From assembly GCA_016870055.1 (NCBI GenBank), contig VGCQ01000001.1:6713-70712 (forward strand): a DNA stretch of 64,000 nucleotides, given 5' to 3'. A program made the position numbers and the translations under genes. Numbering within the stretch: position 1 is the stretch's first letter; each line of letters opens with the position of its first letter. The notes below the pieces were generated by a model. That model made no database searches. It was not told where the DNA came from and worked only from the letters and a program-made list of their open reading frames with translations. The DNA is from Alphaproteobacteria bacterium (GTDB taxonomy: Bacteria > Pseudomonadota > Alphaproteobacteria > Reyranellales > Reyranellaceae). Positions 41,520 through 51,775 of the stretch are shown here, piece by piece.

Positions 41520-42503
41520 GTGACCATCCGTCTGACGCGGCGCGCGGCCCTGGCCGGCGCGGGCGCGATCGCTATGCCGTCGGCGACGTGGAGCCAGACG
41601 CCGGTCGAGCTTCCGGGCGGGCCGATCAAGATCCTGGTCGGCTTTCCCGCAGGCGGCGGCACCGATGTGCAGGCCCGCCTGGTCGCCGAACGGTTGCGCG
41701 AGCGCACCGGTCGCAGCTTCATCGTCGAGAACAAGGCCGGCGCCAGCGGCACGGTGGCCGGCGACACGCTGAAGACCGCGACACCCGACGGCAACACCAT
41801 ATTGCTGGCGCCGATCGCCTCGGCGGTGATGGCCAAGCTCACCTTTCCGCAGCTCAATCACGATCCGTTCGTCGACCATGCCCCGATCACGCTGCTCGGC
41901 ACGTTCCAGCTGGCGCTCGCCGTCAGCCCGCAACTCGGGCCCAAGACGGTCGGCGAGTTCGTGGCGTGGGCAAAGGCCAACCCCAAGCAGGCGAGCTACG
42001 GCACGACGGCGATGGGCAGCCTGCCGCATTTCTTCGGCGTGCTGCTGGCGCGCGCCACTGGCACCGACCTGCAAGCCGTGCCCTACCGCGGCGCGGCGCC
42101 GTTGGTATCCGATCTGGCCGGCGGTCAGGTGCCGTCCGGCACCGGCGCGCTGACGGATTTCCTGGAGCACCACAAGGCCGGACGATTGCGCATCATCGCG
42201 ACTTCGGGCGCCAATCGCCCGCTTGCCGCGCCCGACCTGCCGACCTTCAGCGAGCAGGGCTACAAGGATATCGTGGGCGACAGCTGGCTCGGCTTCTTCG
42301 CGCCGGCAGCCTCGCCGCGGCCGATCATCGATGCCTTCAATCGCGAAATCGCCGCCACCGTCGCCTTGGCCGAAGTTCGCGAACGCCTGATTCAGCTCGG
42401 CCTCGAACCGCGCACGACGACGCCGGAAGAGTTCGACGCGTTGCGCCGCGCCGACGCCGCGAAGTGGAAGAAGGTCGTCGACGAGTCGGGCTACAAGCCG
42501 TAG
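41520..42503 (+). CDS. Bug/TctC substrate-binding protein with Tat-like signal
   Basis: LTRRAAL, VGFPAGGGTD, VENKAGASG and VPYRGAAP. GTG start follows GAGGAG. Confidence 0.9.
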   Translation: MTIRLTRRAALAGAGAIAMPSATWSQTPVELPGGPIKILVGFPAGGGTDVQARLVAERLRERTGRSFIVENKAGASGTVAGDTLKTATPDGNTILLAPIASAVMAKLTFPQLNHDPFVDHAPITLLGTFQLALAVSPQLGPKTVGEFVAWAKANPKQASYGTTAMGSLPHFFGVLLARATGTDLQAVPYRGAAPLVSDLAGGQVPSGTGALTDFLEHHKAGRLRIIATSGANRPLAAPDLPTFSEQGYKDIVGDSWLGFFAPAASPRPIIDAFNREIAATVALAEVRERLIQLGLEPRTTTPEEFDALRRADAAKWKKVVDESGYKP

Positions 42504-42515
42504 GCTGCCGCCCGG

Positions 42516-43337
42516 CTACTCGGCGGCCGCACGCAGCGGCGGGGCGAGCCGCGCCGCCGCGCGGGCGCGGCACGCGGCGGCAAAGGCGCCGAACAGCTTC
42601 ATCGAGACCGGGTTCTCCAGCGCGCGGTACTCGGGGTGCCACTGCAGTGCCAACGCGAAGGCCGGCGCATCGGGCACGCTGAAGGCCTCGACCTGCCCGT
42701 CCTCGGCAATCGCCTCCAGCCGGGCGCGCGGCGCCAGGTGATCGACGCCCTGAGCGTGCAGCGAGTTCACCCGCACACGGCGCTCGCCTAGCAGGCGGTG
42801 CAACACACCGCCATCGGCGATCTCGATATCGTGCGCCGGGCCATAGTTGATGTCGGCGTCGGGCGACTTGGGCGAACGATGGTCCCAGCGGCCTTCGACT
42901 TCGTGCACGAGCTGATGCAGCGTGCCGCCCAACGCCACGTTCACTTCCTGCAAGCCGCGGCAGATGGCGAACAGGGGGACCGCCCGGTCGATGGCGTGCC
43001 GGATCAGCGGCAGCGTGGTGGCATCGCGCGCCGGATCATGCGCCGTGCCGGTACGGCTCTGGGCACCGCCATAGTGATGCGGCTCGACATTGGACGGACT
43101 GCCGGTCAGCAGCACGCCGTCCAGGGCGTCGAGCAGCCGGTCGAGCGCCTCGGTCATGGCTTGCTCCTCGCCGGCCAATTGCGGGCCGATGGCCGGGATC
43201 AGCACCGGCAGGGCGCCAACGGCCTGCAGTGCCGCCTGGACGTACTTGTCGCCGACGGCGTGCTGCCAGCCGCCACGACCGTTGTCCTTCAAGCAGGCCG
43301 TAACGCCCACCAAAGGACGAAAAGAAGCTCGTTCCAT
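42516..43337 (-). CDS. Peptidase C26 / gamma-glutamyl-GABA hydrolase (PuuD-like)
   Basis: LTGSPSNV, AICRGLQEVNVALGG, VNSLHAQG and QWHPE. Confidence 0.88.
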   Translation of the reverse strand: MERASFRPLVGVTACLKDNGRGGWQHAVGDKYVQAALQAVGALPVLIPAIGPQLAGEEQAMTEALDRLLDALDGVLLTGSPSNVEPHHYGGAQSRTGTAHDPARDATTLPLIRHAIDRAVPLFAICRGLQEVNVALGGTLHQLVHEVEGRWDHRSPKSPDADINYGPAHDIEIADGGVLHRLLGERRVRVNSLHAQGVDHLAPRARLEAIAEDGQVEAFSVPDAPAFALALQWHPEYRALENPVSMKLFGAFAAACRARAAARLAPPLRAAAE

Positions 43338-43485
43338 ATCCTCAACCGGATTCTTCAAGACGCGGTGGATTTTATCATCGTCGCCACGTCACAGCTTGGC
43401 AAATCGCCGCTCTTCGATCGGCCCGCGCCTTGTGCAGCGCAGCCTTGCGTGGTACCGCCCGCGCCGAAACCAGCGAAAGCACGCC

Positions 43486-44004
43486 ATGACCGACACCCCT
43501 CCGCCGCCCGCCAACCCGCAGGCCCCGCAGCAGCCGCAGATCAATGCGCCGCTGATCATGCACGGCCAGTACATCAAGGATCTCAGCTTCGAGAATCCGC
43601 GCGCACCACAAAGCCTGATCGAGCAGACTCAGCCGCAACTCACGCTCAACGTGCAAGTCGCCAACCGGCAGTTCGACGCCAAGACTTTCGAGGTGGCACT
43701 GACGATCGAAGCCAATGCCAAGACACCCAAGGACGAGCCGTTGTTCGTGTTGGAGCTGGTCTATGCCGGCACGGTGAGCCTGGGCGAAGTGCCGCAGGAG
43801 GCGATCGGCCCGCTGCTGTTCATCGAGACGCCGCGGCTGCTCTTCCCGTTCGCCCGCGCCGTCGTCGCCAACGCCACGCGCGAGGCGGGTTTCCCACCCC
43901 TCAACATCGCGCCGGTCGATTTCGTGGCGTTGTATCGCCAGCAACTCGAGGCCAATGCCGGCAGGATGCCGGGCATCGCCGGCGGTCCCGTGGGTCACGC
44001 CTGA
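43486..44004 (+). CDS. secB: Protein-export chaperone SecB
   Basis: QYIKDLSFENP, FVLELVYAG, PRLLFPFAR and PVDFVALY. Confidence 0.96.
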   Translation: MTDTPPPPANPQAPQQPQINAPLIMHGQYIKDLSFENPRAPQSLIEQTQPQLTLNVQVANRQFDAKTFEVALTIEANAKTPKDEPLFVLELVYAGTVSLGEVPQEAIGPLLFIETPRLLFPFARAVVANATREAGFPPLNIAPVDFVALYRQQLEANAGRMPGIAGGPVGHA

Positions 44005-44023
44005 CGCGGCCGGTCGTTTGCTC

Positions 44024-45484
44024 ATGCCAGAACGAAAGGATCTCTCGCGCCGCGACCTTCTCCTGCTCGCCGGCCATATCGGGATGGCCGGCGCCCTGTT
44101 GCCCGCGTCGGCCGCCGCGACGCCGGACAAAGCCAATCCCTTCCTGCAGCACGGCTTTGCGCCGGTACTCGATGAACTCGCTGTCGCCGAGCTCACGGTG
44201 CGCGGCGAGCTGCCGCGACAGATCGCCGGCAACTACCTGCGCAACGGGGCCAACCCCGCCTATCCGCCGATTTCCTACACCTATCCGTTCGACGGCGACG
44301 GCATGGTGCATGGCGTCACCGTCGAGAACGGCAAGGCAAGCTACCGCAACCGCTTCGTGCTGACCGCCGGCCTGCGCGCCGACCGGCGGGCGGGCCGTAC
44401 GATCTATGGCGGCCTGCTCAATCCCATCGTGCCCGATCCGCGCTTCGTGCCGCCCGACGGTGACCCCAGCCGATTCAAGAACGTCGCCAACACCAATGTG
44501 GTGCGCCACGCCGGCCGCATCCTGGCGCTTCACGAAGGCAGCCTGCCCTACGAACTCTCGCCCACGCTCGAGACGCGCGGCCTGTACGATTTCGGCGGCA
44601 AGATCGACGATGCAATGACCGCGCACCCCAAGATCGACCCGGTGAGCGGCGAGATGCTGATGTTCCGCTACTGGCTCCGGCCGCCGTTCCTCACGTTGCG
44701 CGTCGTCGATGCTTCCGGGACGATCGTACGCGACGTGCCGGTCGACACTGGGCTGCCGTACATGGTGCACGACTTCTCCTTCACGGCGAGCCATGTCGTG
44801 TTCTTCCTGTGTCCAGTCGTGTTCGACGCGGAGGGCGCCAGGCAGGGCAAGCCGTTTCTCTCCTGGCAACCGGAAAGAGGCACACGCATCGCCGTGCTGC
44901 GCCGTGACGGCACGGGTGGAGTCCAGTGGATCGCCGACGACGCTTTCTTCGTCTATCACTTCATGAACGCCCACGAGTCCGACGGTCGCATCACCATCGA
45001 CTATGTCCAGCACGGCGCCTTCTTCACCGCCCGCGCGGCCCCGCCGACCTTGTGGCGCGCCGTGCTCGACCTCAAGGCGGGCGCCGTCAAGCGTACGCGG
45101 CTCGACGAGCGCATCGGCGAGTTCCCACGCGTCGAGCCGGCACGAGCCGGCGCCGCCAACCGCTATGGCTGGTTGCCGGTCAAAGCCCACGACGATGCCG
45201 TCGGCACGTTCGGTGCGATTGCACGCTATGATTTGTCGACCGGGCGGTCCGCAGTGCACGTCTTTGGCCGCGGCCGGTAAGTCGACGAGCCCTTGTTCGT
45301 GCCGCGGCCCGGCGGTCGAGGCGAAGGCGACGGCTGGATCATGACCTATGTCTACGACCGGGCGACCGACGGCTCGGTGCTCGCCGTGCTCGATGCCGTC
45401 GATATCGAACGGCCGCCGATCGCCGAGATCGTCATGCCGCGCCGCGTGCCACACGGCTTGCACGGCAACTGGCTGCCGCTTTAG
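44024..45484 (+). pseudogene. Carotenoid oxygenase-family (RPE65/CCO) dioxygenase with Tat signal, interrupted by an in-frame TAA at 45278-45280
   Basis: FDGDGM, TAHPKIDP, MVHDF, YHFMNA and EFPRV lie before the stop. VDEPLFVP...GDGWI...PHGLHGNW continues in the same frame after it. Confidence 0.85.
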
Positions 45485-46155
45485 TCGGCTTTAAGCCACA
45501 GCGGATCGCTGATCTGCTTCAAGAACTCGGCGTGCGCCGCGAGCTCGGCGGCGGTCGGCGCATGTGACCGCGGCGGGCGAGCCGGCCCACCAGCCGCGGC
45601 ACCCGCCACCTGCCCGGCCAATCTGGCTGCCAGGCCGAGATCACGCTGGCGACCACCGCTCAGCTCGAGATAGACCTCGGCCAACAGCTCCGAGTCGAGC
45701 AGCGCGCCGTGCTTGGTGCGGCCGGAATTGTCGATGCTGAAACGCTCGCACAGCGCATCCAGGCTGGCGCGTTGGCCGGGGAACTTGCGCCGCGCGATCG
45801 ACACCGTATCGACGTAGGCATTGCCGAGCTTGGGCCGGCCGACCCGCTCCAATTCGGCGTTGAGAAAGCCGATGTCGAACTGGGCGTTGTGGATCACCAG
45901 CTGGGCGTCGCCGATGAAAGCCAGGAACTCCTCGACCTTGTCGGCGAACAAAGGCTGATCGGCCAGAAACTCGTCAGTGAGACCGTGAATCTCCTGGGCA
46001 TCGGCCGGCATCGGCCGCTCGGGATTGAAATAGGCGTGGAACGTCTTGCCGGTGGCGACCGTGTTGGCCAGTTCCAGGCAACCGAGCTCGACCACGCGGT
46101 GGCCGGCCAGGGGGTCGAGGCCGGTGGTCTCGGTGTCGAGGACGATCTCGCGCAT
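45481..46155 (-). CDS. dnaQ: DNA polymerase III epsilon subunit
   Basis: VLDTETTG, HNAQFD and HGALLDSELL. Confidence 0.96.
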   Translation of the reverse strand: MREIVLDTETTGLDPLAGHRVVELGCLELANTVATGKTFHAYFNPERPMPADAQEIHGLTDEFLADQPLFADKVEEFLAFIGDAQLVIHNAQFDIGFLNAELERVGRPKLGNAYVDTVSIARRKFPGQRASLDALCERFSIDNSGRTKHGALLDSELLAEVYLELSGGRQRDLGLAARLAGQVAGAAAGGPARPPRSHAPTAAELAAHAEFLKQISDPLWLKAD

Positions 46156-46168
46156 GCCGCCTTGTATC

Positions 46169-46831
46169 CTACCGGCGGCGGGCGCGCGCGAGCTGGGCTG
46201 TGAATTTCTCGCGCCAGGGATTTGACGGCCAGGCCCGGCCGCGGCGGCGCTTCAGCGAAGCGACCGCCTTGGCAAGCGCCAGCCGCGTCGGCGCGAGGCC
46301 GAGCCCGGTCGGGATCACGACGCTCGCCTTCCGGCGCTTGAACGCGTCCGGCACCTGCTGGCGCAAGATGCCGTCCAGGCGCTCCTTCGACATGCCGGGC
46401 CGTGCCATGACGCGCTGGCGCTGCAGAAAGGCCGGCGCGCTCACCACCAGCGTCGCATCGACCCGCCGCTCGCCCATGCCTTCGAACAGCAACGGAATGT
46501 CGAGCACGACCAGTTTTTCGCCGCGCTGGGCGGCGCGCTTCAAGAAGATGCGCTGACGCTGGCCGACCAACGGATGCACGATCGCCTCCAAGCGGCGCAG
46601 CGCCTCCTTGTTGCCGAACACGCGCGCGCCCAAGGCCTGGCGGTCGAGCACGCCGTCCTTCACCACGCCGGGGAACGCCGCCTCGATCGGAGCCAAGGCC
46701 GGGCCGCCCCTGGCCTGCACGGCATGGACGGCGGCATCGGCATCGTACACCGGCACGCCCATTTGCCGCAGCATCCTGGCCGCGGTCGACTTGCCCATGC
46801 CGATCGAGCCTGTCAGGCCGACGATCACCAT
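46169..46831 (-). CDS. coaE: Dephospho-CoA kinase
   Basis: [19 protein letters not shown] and DIPLLFE. Confidence 0.95.
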   Translation of the reverse strand: MVIVGLTGSIGMGKSTAARMLRQMGVPVYDADAAVHAVQARGGPALAPIEAAFPGVVKDGVLDRQALGARVFGNKEALRRLEAIVHPLVGQRQRIFLKRAAQRGEKLVVLDIPLLFEGMGERRVDATLVVSAPAFLQRQRVMARPGMSKERLDGILRQQVPDAFKRRKASVVIPTGLGLAPTRLALAKAVASLKRRRGRAWPSNPWREKFTAQLARARRR

Positions 46832-46856
46832 CGAATGCTGAACGCCTGGCGCCGGA

Positions 46857-47834
46857 TCAGGGCACCAGGACGGTCTGGCCGGTGGTCTTGCGCGATTCGA
46901 GGTCGCGATGAGCCTGCGCCGCCTCGGCCAGCGGGTAGCGCTGGTCGATGGCGATCTTGACCTTGCCGCTCTTGACCATCTTGAACAGCGACTGGGCGCT
47001 CGCCTCGAGCTCCTTGCGGGTGGCGGTATAGGCGCCGAGGCTCGGTCGCGTCAGGTAGAGCGAGCCCTTGACGTTGAGGATGCCCGGCGGCTGCGGCGCG
47101 ACGGCGCCCGAAGCATTGCCGAACGAGCACATCAGGCCGCGCGGCCGCAGGCTGTCGAGCGAGGCATTCCAGGTGTCCTTGCCGACGCCGTCGAACACCA
47201 CCGGCACGCCCTTGCCCTTGGTGATCTCCTTGACCTTCTGGACGACGTCTTCCTTGGTGTAGTCGATCACCCACTTGTAGCCGTTCTTCTTGGCGAGCGC
47301 CGCCTTCTCGGGCGACGACACCGTGCCGATCGCCTTGTAGCCGCGTGCCTTGGCCCATTGGCCGAACAGCAGGCCGACGCCGCCGGCGGCGGCATGGAAC
47401 AGCACGATGTCGCCCTTCTTGAGCCATGGTTTGGCGCAATGGTCGACCAGGTACTCGGTGGTCATGCCCTTCAGCATGATGGCGGCAGCCTGCTCGTCGC
47501 TCACGCCCTTGGGCACATGCACGAGCTGGTTGGTGCCCATGAGGCGCTCCTGGCAGTAGGCGCCCAGCTCGCCGCAATAGGCGACGCGGTCGCCCTTCTT
47601 GAAGCCCTTCACCTTGGGCCCGACCTCGACGATCACGCCCGCCGCCTCGCGGCCGACGGCGTTGGGCATCGGCGTCTGATAGAGGCCCGAGCGGGTGTAG
47701 ACGTCGATGAAGTTCAGCCCGATCGCGGTGTGCCGCACCTTCACCTGGCCGGGGCCGGGCGAGCCGACCTCGACATCGTGCAACTGCATCTTCTCCGGAC
47801 CGCCATTCTCATGGATCAGGATCGACTTGGCCAT
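46857..47834 (-). CDS. qor: NADPH:quinone oxidoreductase (zeta-crystallin type)
   Basis: [23 protein letters not shown] and FGNASG. Confidence 0.9.
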   Translation of the reverse strand: MAKSILIHENGGPEKMQLHDVEVGSPGPGQVKVRHTAIGLNFIDVYTRSGLYQTPMPNAVGREAAGVIVEVGPKVKGFKKGDRVAYCGELGAYCQERLMGTNQLVHVPKGVSDEQAAAIMLKGMTTEYLVDHCAKPWLKKGDIVLFHAAAGGVGLLFGQWAKARGYKAIGTVSSPEKAALAKKNGYKWVIDYTKEDVVQKVKEITKGKGVPVVFDGVGKDTWNASLDSLRPRGLMCSFGNASGAVAPQPPGILNVKGSLYLTRPSLGAYTATRKELEASAQSLFKMVKSGKVKIAIDQRYPLAEAAQAHRDLESRKTTGQTVLVP

Positions 47835-47855
47835 CTGGACTTCTCCCTGCTGTTG

Positions 47856-49028
47856 CTAGCCTGCCGCACGCTTGGACTGTGCCGCTTGGAACTTGGAAAT
47901 CTCGCTCTCGACCGCCGCCTGTGATTGAGCGGAGTAGGTGCCGCGGTTGCCGGCAGCGATGTCATAGCTCAACTGGCGCAGCGTATTGGCGCCGCGCTGG
48001 AAATGCGGATGGACGAAGCGCGCCATCAGTTCGTAGGACCGCTGTGTCGCCGGCCAATCGGCCCAATTGTGGGCAAGCAGCAAGACCGCGCCGAAGCCGC
48101 CGTCCGATCCCTTCCATAGACGCTCGAAGTGGCGGATGCAGTCGTCAGGCGTGCCGATGCAGGCGATGCCCTCCTTGGTCAGGAACTGCGCGGCGTCGGT
48201 AATGCCGGGCGGCAGGATCGGGAAGGTCGCGACGTCGGTGAAGTACTTGGTGTAGCGATCGATGCCGAACTTCACCTCCTCGAACGCCTGCTCGCGGGTC
48301 GGCGCGATATGGGCAAAGGTGACGATGCGCCATTTGCTGCGATCGGCCGGCTTGCCGTTCTGTCGCGCGTTGTCGGTATAGATCTTCCAGTTGGCGGCAT
48401 GCGCCTTCAGCGCGTCGTCGGATGTGCCGCCGATCGACAGCATGCCGATGCCGTGACGCCCCGAGGCCACGGCGCCGACCGGCGAGCGCGCGCAGGCCAC
48501 CGCCATCTCCATGCCGGGCTGGCTGTAGGGCGGCAACTGGAGCTGCGCCCGGTTCAGCTCGAACCAGTCGGTCTTGCGCGTCACCGACTCGCCGGCCATC
48601 AGCTCGACGATCGCATCCAGCGATTCGTTCATATGGCGCCGCTGATCGGCCGCATTGATGCCGATCTTGGCGGCGTCGTGGACCAGCGCGCCGGGCCCGA
48701 CTCCGAACATGGCGCGGCCACGCGTCATATGGTCGAGCTGGCGCATGCGCGACGCCAGGATGAACGGGTTGTGATAAGGCAGCGACACCACGCCGGTGCC
48801 GAGCCGGATGTGGCGGGTGCGTTCGGCCGCTGCGGCGATGAACATCTCGGGGCAGGCGATGATCTCGAACCCACCCGAATGGTGCTCGCCGACCCAGGCC
48901 TCGTGGTAGTTCAGCCGGTCGAGATGCTGCAGCAGCTCCATGTCGCGCTCGAGCGCCAGGGTCGGATTCTCGTCGAGGGCATGGAACGGCGCCAGGAAGA
49001 TGCCGGTGCGCAGATAGCGGTCGATCAA
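47856..49028 (-). CDS. Luciferase-like (LLM) flavin-dependent monooxygenase
   Basis: EAWVGEHHSGG, IRLGTGVVSLPYHNP and GRAMFGVGPG. TTG start. Confidence 0.88.
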   Translation of the reverse strand: MIDRYLRTGIFLAPFHALDENPTLALERDMELLQHLDRLNYHEAWVGEHHSGGFEIIACPEMFIAAAAERTRHIRLGTGVVSLPYHNPFILASRMRQLDHMTRGRAMFGVGPGALVHDAAKIGINAADQRRHMNESLDAIVELMAGESVTRKTDWFELNRAQLQLPPYSQPGMEMAVACARSPVGAVASGRHGIGMLSIGGTSDDALKAHAANWKIYTDNARQNGKPADRSKWRIVTFAHIAPTREQAFEEVKFGIDRYTKYFTDVATFPILPPGITDAAQFLTKEGIACIGTPDDCIRHFERLWKGSDGGFGAVLLLAHNWADWPATQRSYELMARFVHPHFQRGANTLRQLSYDIAAGNRGTYSAQSQAAVESEISKFQAAQSKRAAG

Positions 49029-49138
49029 GGAAACATCCCCTTCGGCTAGGGCCGGTTGCGGCTGTCGAGTATAGTGATTGGCCTTCCGCGCGCCAGCTTG
49101 GCGCGACAGGCGTAGTCTGGTTCTGGTCGACGGGGCTC

Positions 49139-50257
49139 ATGCATCGGCGTCGCTTCACTCTTGCCGTCACCGCCACTTTGGCCACACCTGCGGTGTTGCG
49201 CGCCCAGGATGTCCTTAGAAGCGCCAGGGGCAACTACCGCCTGGTGACATTGGCGCGCGATCTCGAACAACCCTGGTCGATCGCCTTCCTACCCGACGGG
49301 CGAATTCTGATCACCGAACGGCCCGGCCGGCTACGCATCTTCGCCAACGGCCGGCTGGAGCGCGCCGCCGTGGCGAACGTGCCGCGGGTCTACGCCCGCG
49401 GCCAGGGTGGCTTGCTCGATGTCTGCCTGCACCCGGGCTTCGCGCAGAACCGTAGCCTTTACCTTTCCTACTCCGCCGAGGGCTCGGGTGGGGTGGCGAC
49501 CGCGGTGGCGCGCGCCGAACTGGCCGACGGCACCCTGCGGGGCGTTCAAACGGTCTTCGAGGCCCTGCCGCGCAGCTCGGGCGGATTGCATTTCGGCTCG
49601 CGCATCGCCTTCGACCGCGCCGGCTTGATGTATGTCACGACGGGAGAGCGCTACCAGATGCAGCGCGCCCAAGCGCTCGACGATCTTGCCGGCAAGGTCG
49701 TGCGGCTGAAGGACGATGGCTCGGTGCCACCCGACAATCCCTTCGTCGGCCGGCCCGGCGTGCGACCGGAGATCTTCACCTCGGGACATCGCAATCCGCA
49801 GGGCCTCGCCATGCATCCCGAGACCGGCCAGATGTGGGAGGCCGAGCACGGGCCGCGCGGCGGCGACGAGCTGAACTTGCTGAAGGCCGGCGCCAACTAC
49901 GGCTGGCCACGCGCCACCCACGGCATCGACTACAGCGGCGCCGTCATCAGCCCGCACAAGAGTCTGCCCGGCATGGAGGAGCCGGTACGCGTCTGGGTGC
50001 CGTCGATCTCGCCGTGCGGGCTGTGCTTCTACACCGGCGACCGGTTTGCCGGTTGGCGCGGCTCGCTGTTCACCGGCGCCTTGTCCAACTTCGCCCTGTT
50101 CCGCATCGAGCTCGACGGCGAGCGTTACCGCAGCGAAGAGCGATTGCTGGTCGACCGCCTTCCCTACATCCGCGACGTCCGGCAGGGACCCGACGGTCTC
50201 CTGTATCTGGTCACCCATGCCGACGACGGCGGCCTATTCCGCATCGAGCCCGCCTAG
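49139..50257 (+). CDS. PQQ-dependent soluble aldose sugar dehydrogenase (YliI/Asd family)
   Basis: Tat-like signal, GQGGLLDV, HFGSRI, GHRNPQG, EHGPRGGDELN and NYGWP. Confidence 0.9.
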   Translation: MHRRRFTLAVTATLATPAVLRAQDVLRSARGNYRLVTLARDLEQPWSIAFLPDGRILITERPGRLRIFANGRLERAAVANVPRVYARGQGGLLDVCLHPGFAQNRSLYLSYSAEGSGGVATAVARAELADGTLRGVQTVFEALPRSSGGLHFGSRIAFDRAGLMYVTTGERYQMQRAQALDDLAGKVVRLKDDGSVPPDNPFVGRPGVRPEIFTSGHRNPQGLAMHPETGQMWEAEHGPRGGDELNLLKAGANYGWPRATHGIDYSGAVISPHKSLPGMEEPVRVWVPSISPCGLCFYTGDRFAGWRGSLFTGALSNFALFRIELDGERYRSEERLLVDRLPYIRDVRQGPDGLLYLVTHADDGGLFRIEPA

Positions 50258-50269
50258 TCCAGCTCGCCC

Positions 50270-50875
50270 ATGACTTCGTTGATTCTCGCTTCTGCCAGCC
50301 CGTCGCGCCGCCAGATGCTCCAAGCGGCCGGCCTCGATTTCGAGATCGTGCCCGCGGGCGTCGACGAGGACGAGGTCAAGCGAAGCCTCTTGCAGGAGCG
50401 CGCGTCTGCACAGGACATCGCCACGACGCTCGCCGAGATGAAGGCGATCCGCGTCTCGACGCGCCGCCCGGGGACATTGGTCATCGGCGCCGACTCGACG
50501 CTTGCCTGCGAGGGCAGGCTCTACGACAAGCCCGCCGACCTTGCCGCGGCGCGCGCTCAACTGAAGGCGCTCGCCGGCCGCATGCACGAGCTCGTTTCGT
50601 CGGTCGTGGTGGCCAAGAACGGCGCGCGGCTGTGGCATGCGACCGACGTCGGCCGTCTCACCATGCGGCCGTTCGACGAATCCTTCCTCGATTCCTACCT
50701 GGCGCGTGCCGGTACGGCGGTGTGCACCTCGGTCGGCGCCTATCAGCTCGAAGGTCTGGGCGCGCATCTGTTCAACCGTGTCGAAGGCGACTATTTCACC
50801 ATCCTCGGTCTGCCCTTGCTGCCGCTGCTGGTGTTCCTGGCCGAGCACGGGATCGGTCTGGAGAGCGTGGCATGA
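50270..50875 (+). CDS. maf: Maf-family nucleoside triphosphate pyrophosphatase
   Basis: LILASASPSR, KA..VS, VIGADS, GAYQLEG and ILGLPL. Confidence 0.92.
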   Translation: MTSLILASASPSRRQMLQAAGLDFEIVPAGVDEDEVKRSLLQERASAQDIATTLAEMKAIRVSTRRPGTLVIGADSTLACEGRLYDKPADLAAARAQLKALAGRMHELVSSVVVAKNGARLWHATDVGRLTMRPFDESFLDSYLARAGTAVCTSVGAYQLEGLGAHLFNRVEGDYFTILGLPLLPLLVFLAEHGIGLESVA

Positions 50876-51762
50876 ACGCCTACGACAATCTGGTGCGGGA
50901 GGCCGCCGGCCGGCCGTTTGCCGCCATCGTCGGCTGGCCGGTCGAGCATTCGCGCTCGCCAGCCCTGCATGGCTTCTGGTTGAAGCAACACGGCATTGCC
51001 GGCCACTACGGCCGCCTGCCGGTCGAGCCCAACCGCGCCGCACTCGAAGAACTGGTGGCTTTCCTGCGACGCACGCCCAACGCGCGCGGCTGCAACCTCA
51101 CCCTGCCGCACAAGATCGGCATCATGCCGTTGCTCGACTACATCGACCCCGCGGCGGCGCGCATCGGCGCGGTCAATACGGTGATCAAGCGGGCCGACGG
51201 CACGCTGGAGGGGCACAACAGCGACGCTTTCGGCTTCCTGACGGCGTTACGTCATGGCGCGCCGCGATGGAACGCCAAGGCCGGACCGGTCGTCGTGCTG
51301 GGCGCCGGCGGCGCGGCGCGCGCCATCGTCGCATCGTTGGTCGAAGCGGGCGTGCCCGAGCTGCGCCTGCTGAACCGCACCCGCAGCGCCGCAGTCGACC
51401 TCGGCGTTGCCTTCACACCCCTCGATGGCCGGCGGATCGTGGTCGACGGATGGGATGGCCGGGCGCGGGCGCTCACCGAGGCGACGCTGCTGGTCAACAC
51501 CACCTCGCTCGGCATGAAGGGCCAACCTGCGCTCGACCTCGACCTCGCGCGTCTGCCGCGCAGCGCGGCGGTCAACGACATCGTCTCTGTGCCGCTGGAG
51601 ACCGCGCTGTTGGCCGCCGCCCGCGCCCGCGGCCATGTCTGCGTCGATGGACTCGGCATGCTGCTGCATCAGGGCCGTCTCGGCTTCGAAGCCTGGTTCG
51701 GGGCCGAGGTCGAGGTCAGCGCCGAGCAGCGGCGGGCGGTCGCGGCCGACCTGGGAGCCTGA
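50872..51762 (+). CDS. aroE: Shikimate dehydrogenase
   Basis: HSRSPALH, NLTLPHK, AVNT, NSD, LGAGGAARA and GMLLHQG. ATGA overlap with maf. Confidence 0.93.
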   Translation: MNAYDNLVREAAGRPFAAIVGWPVEHSRSPALHGFWLKQHGIAGHYGRLPVEPNRAALEELVAFLRRTPNARGCNLTLPHKIGIMPLLDYIDPAAARIGAVNTVIKRADGTLEGHNSDAFGFLTALRHGAPRWNAKAGPVVVLGAGGAARAIVASLVEAGVPELRLLNRTRSAAVDLGVAFTPLDGRRIVVDGWDGRARALTEATLLVNTTSLGMKGQPALDLDLARLPRSAAVNDIVSVPLETALLAAARARGHVCVDGLGMLLHQGRLGFEAWFGAEVEVSAEQRRAVAADLGA

Positions 51763-51775
51763 GAGTGGTCGGTAC

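Noticed and set aside
45278-45280. Genome-wide TAA reassignment to explain the internal stop in the oxygenase gene
   Set aside because: TAA ends several intact genes at their expected C-termini (SCO 24953, DUF4394 40335, rho 52992, HAD 55151).
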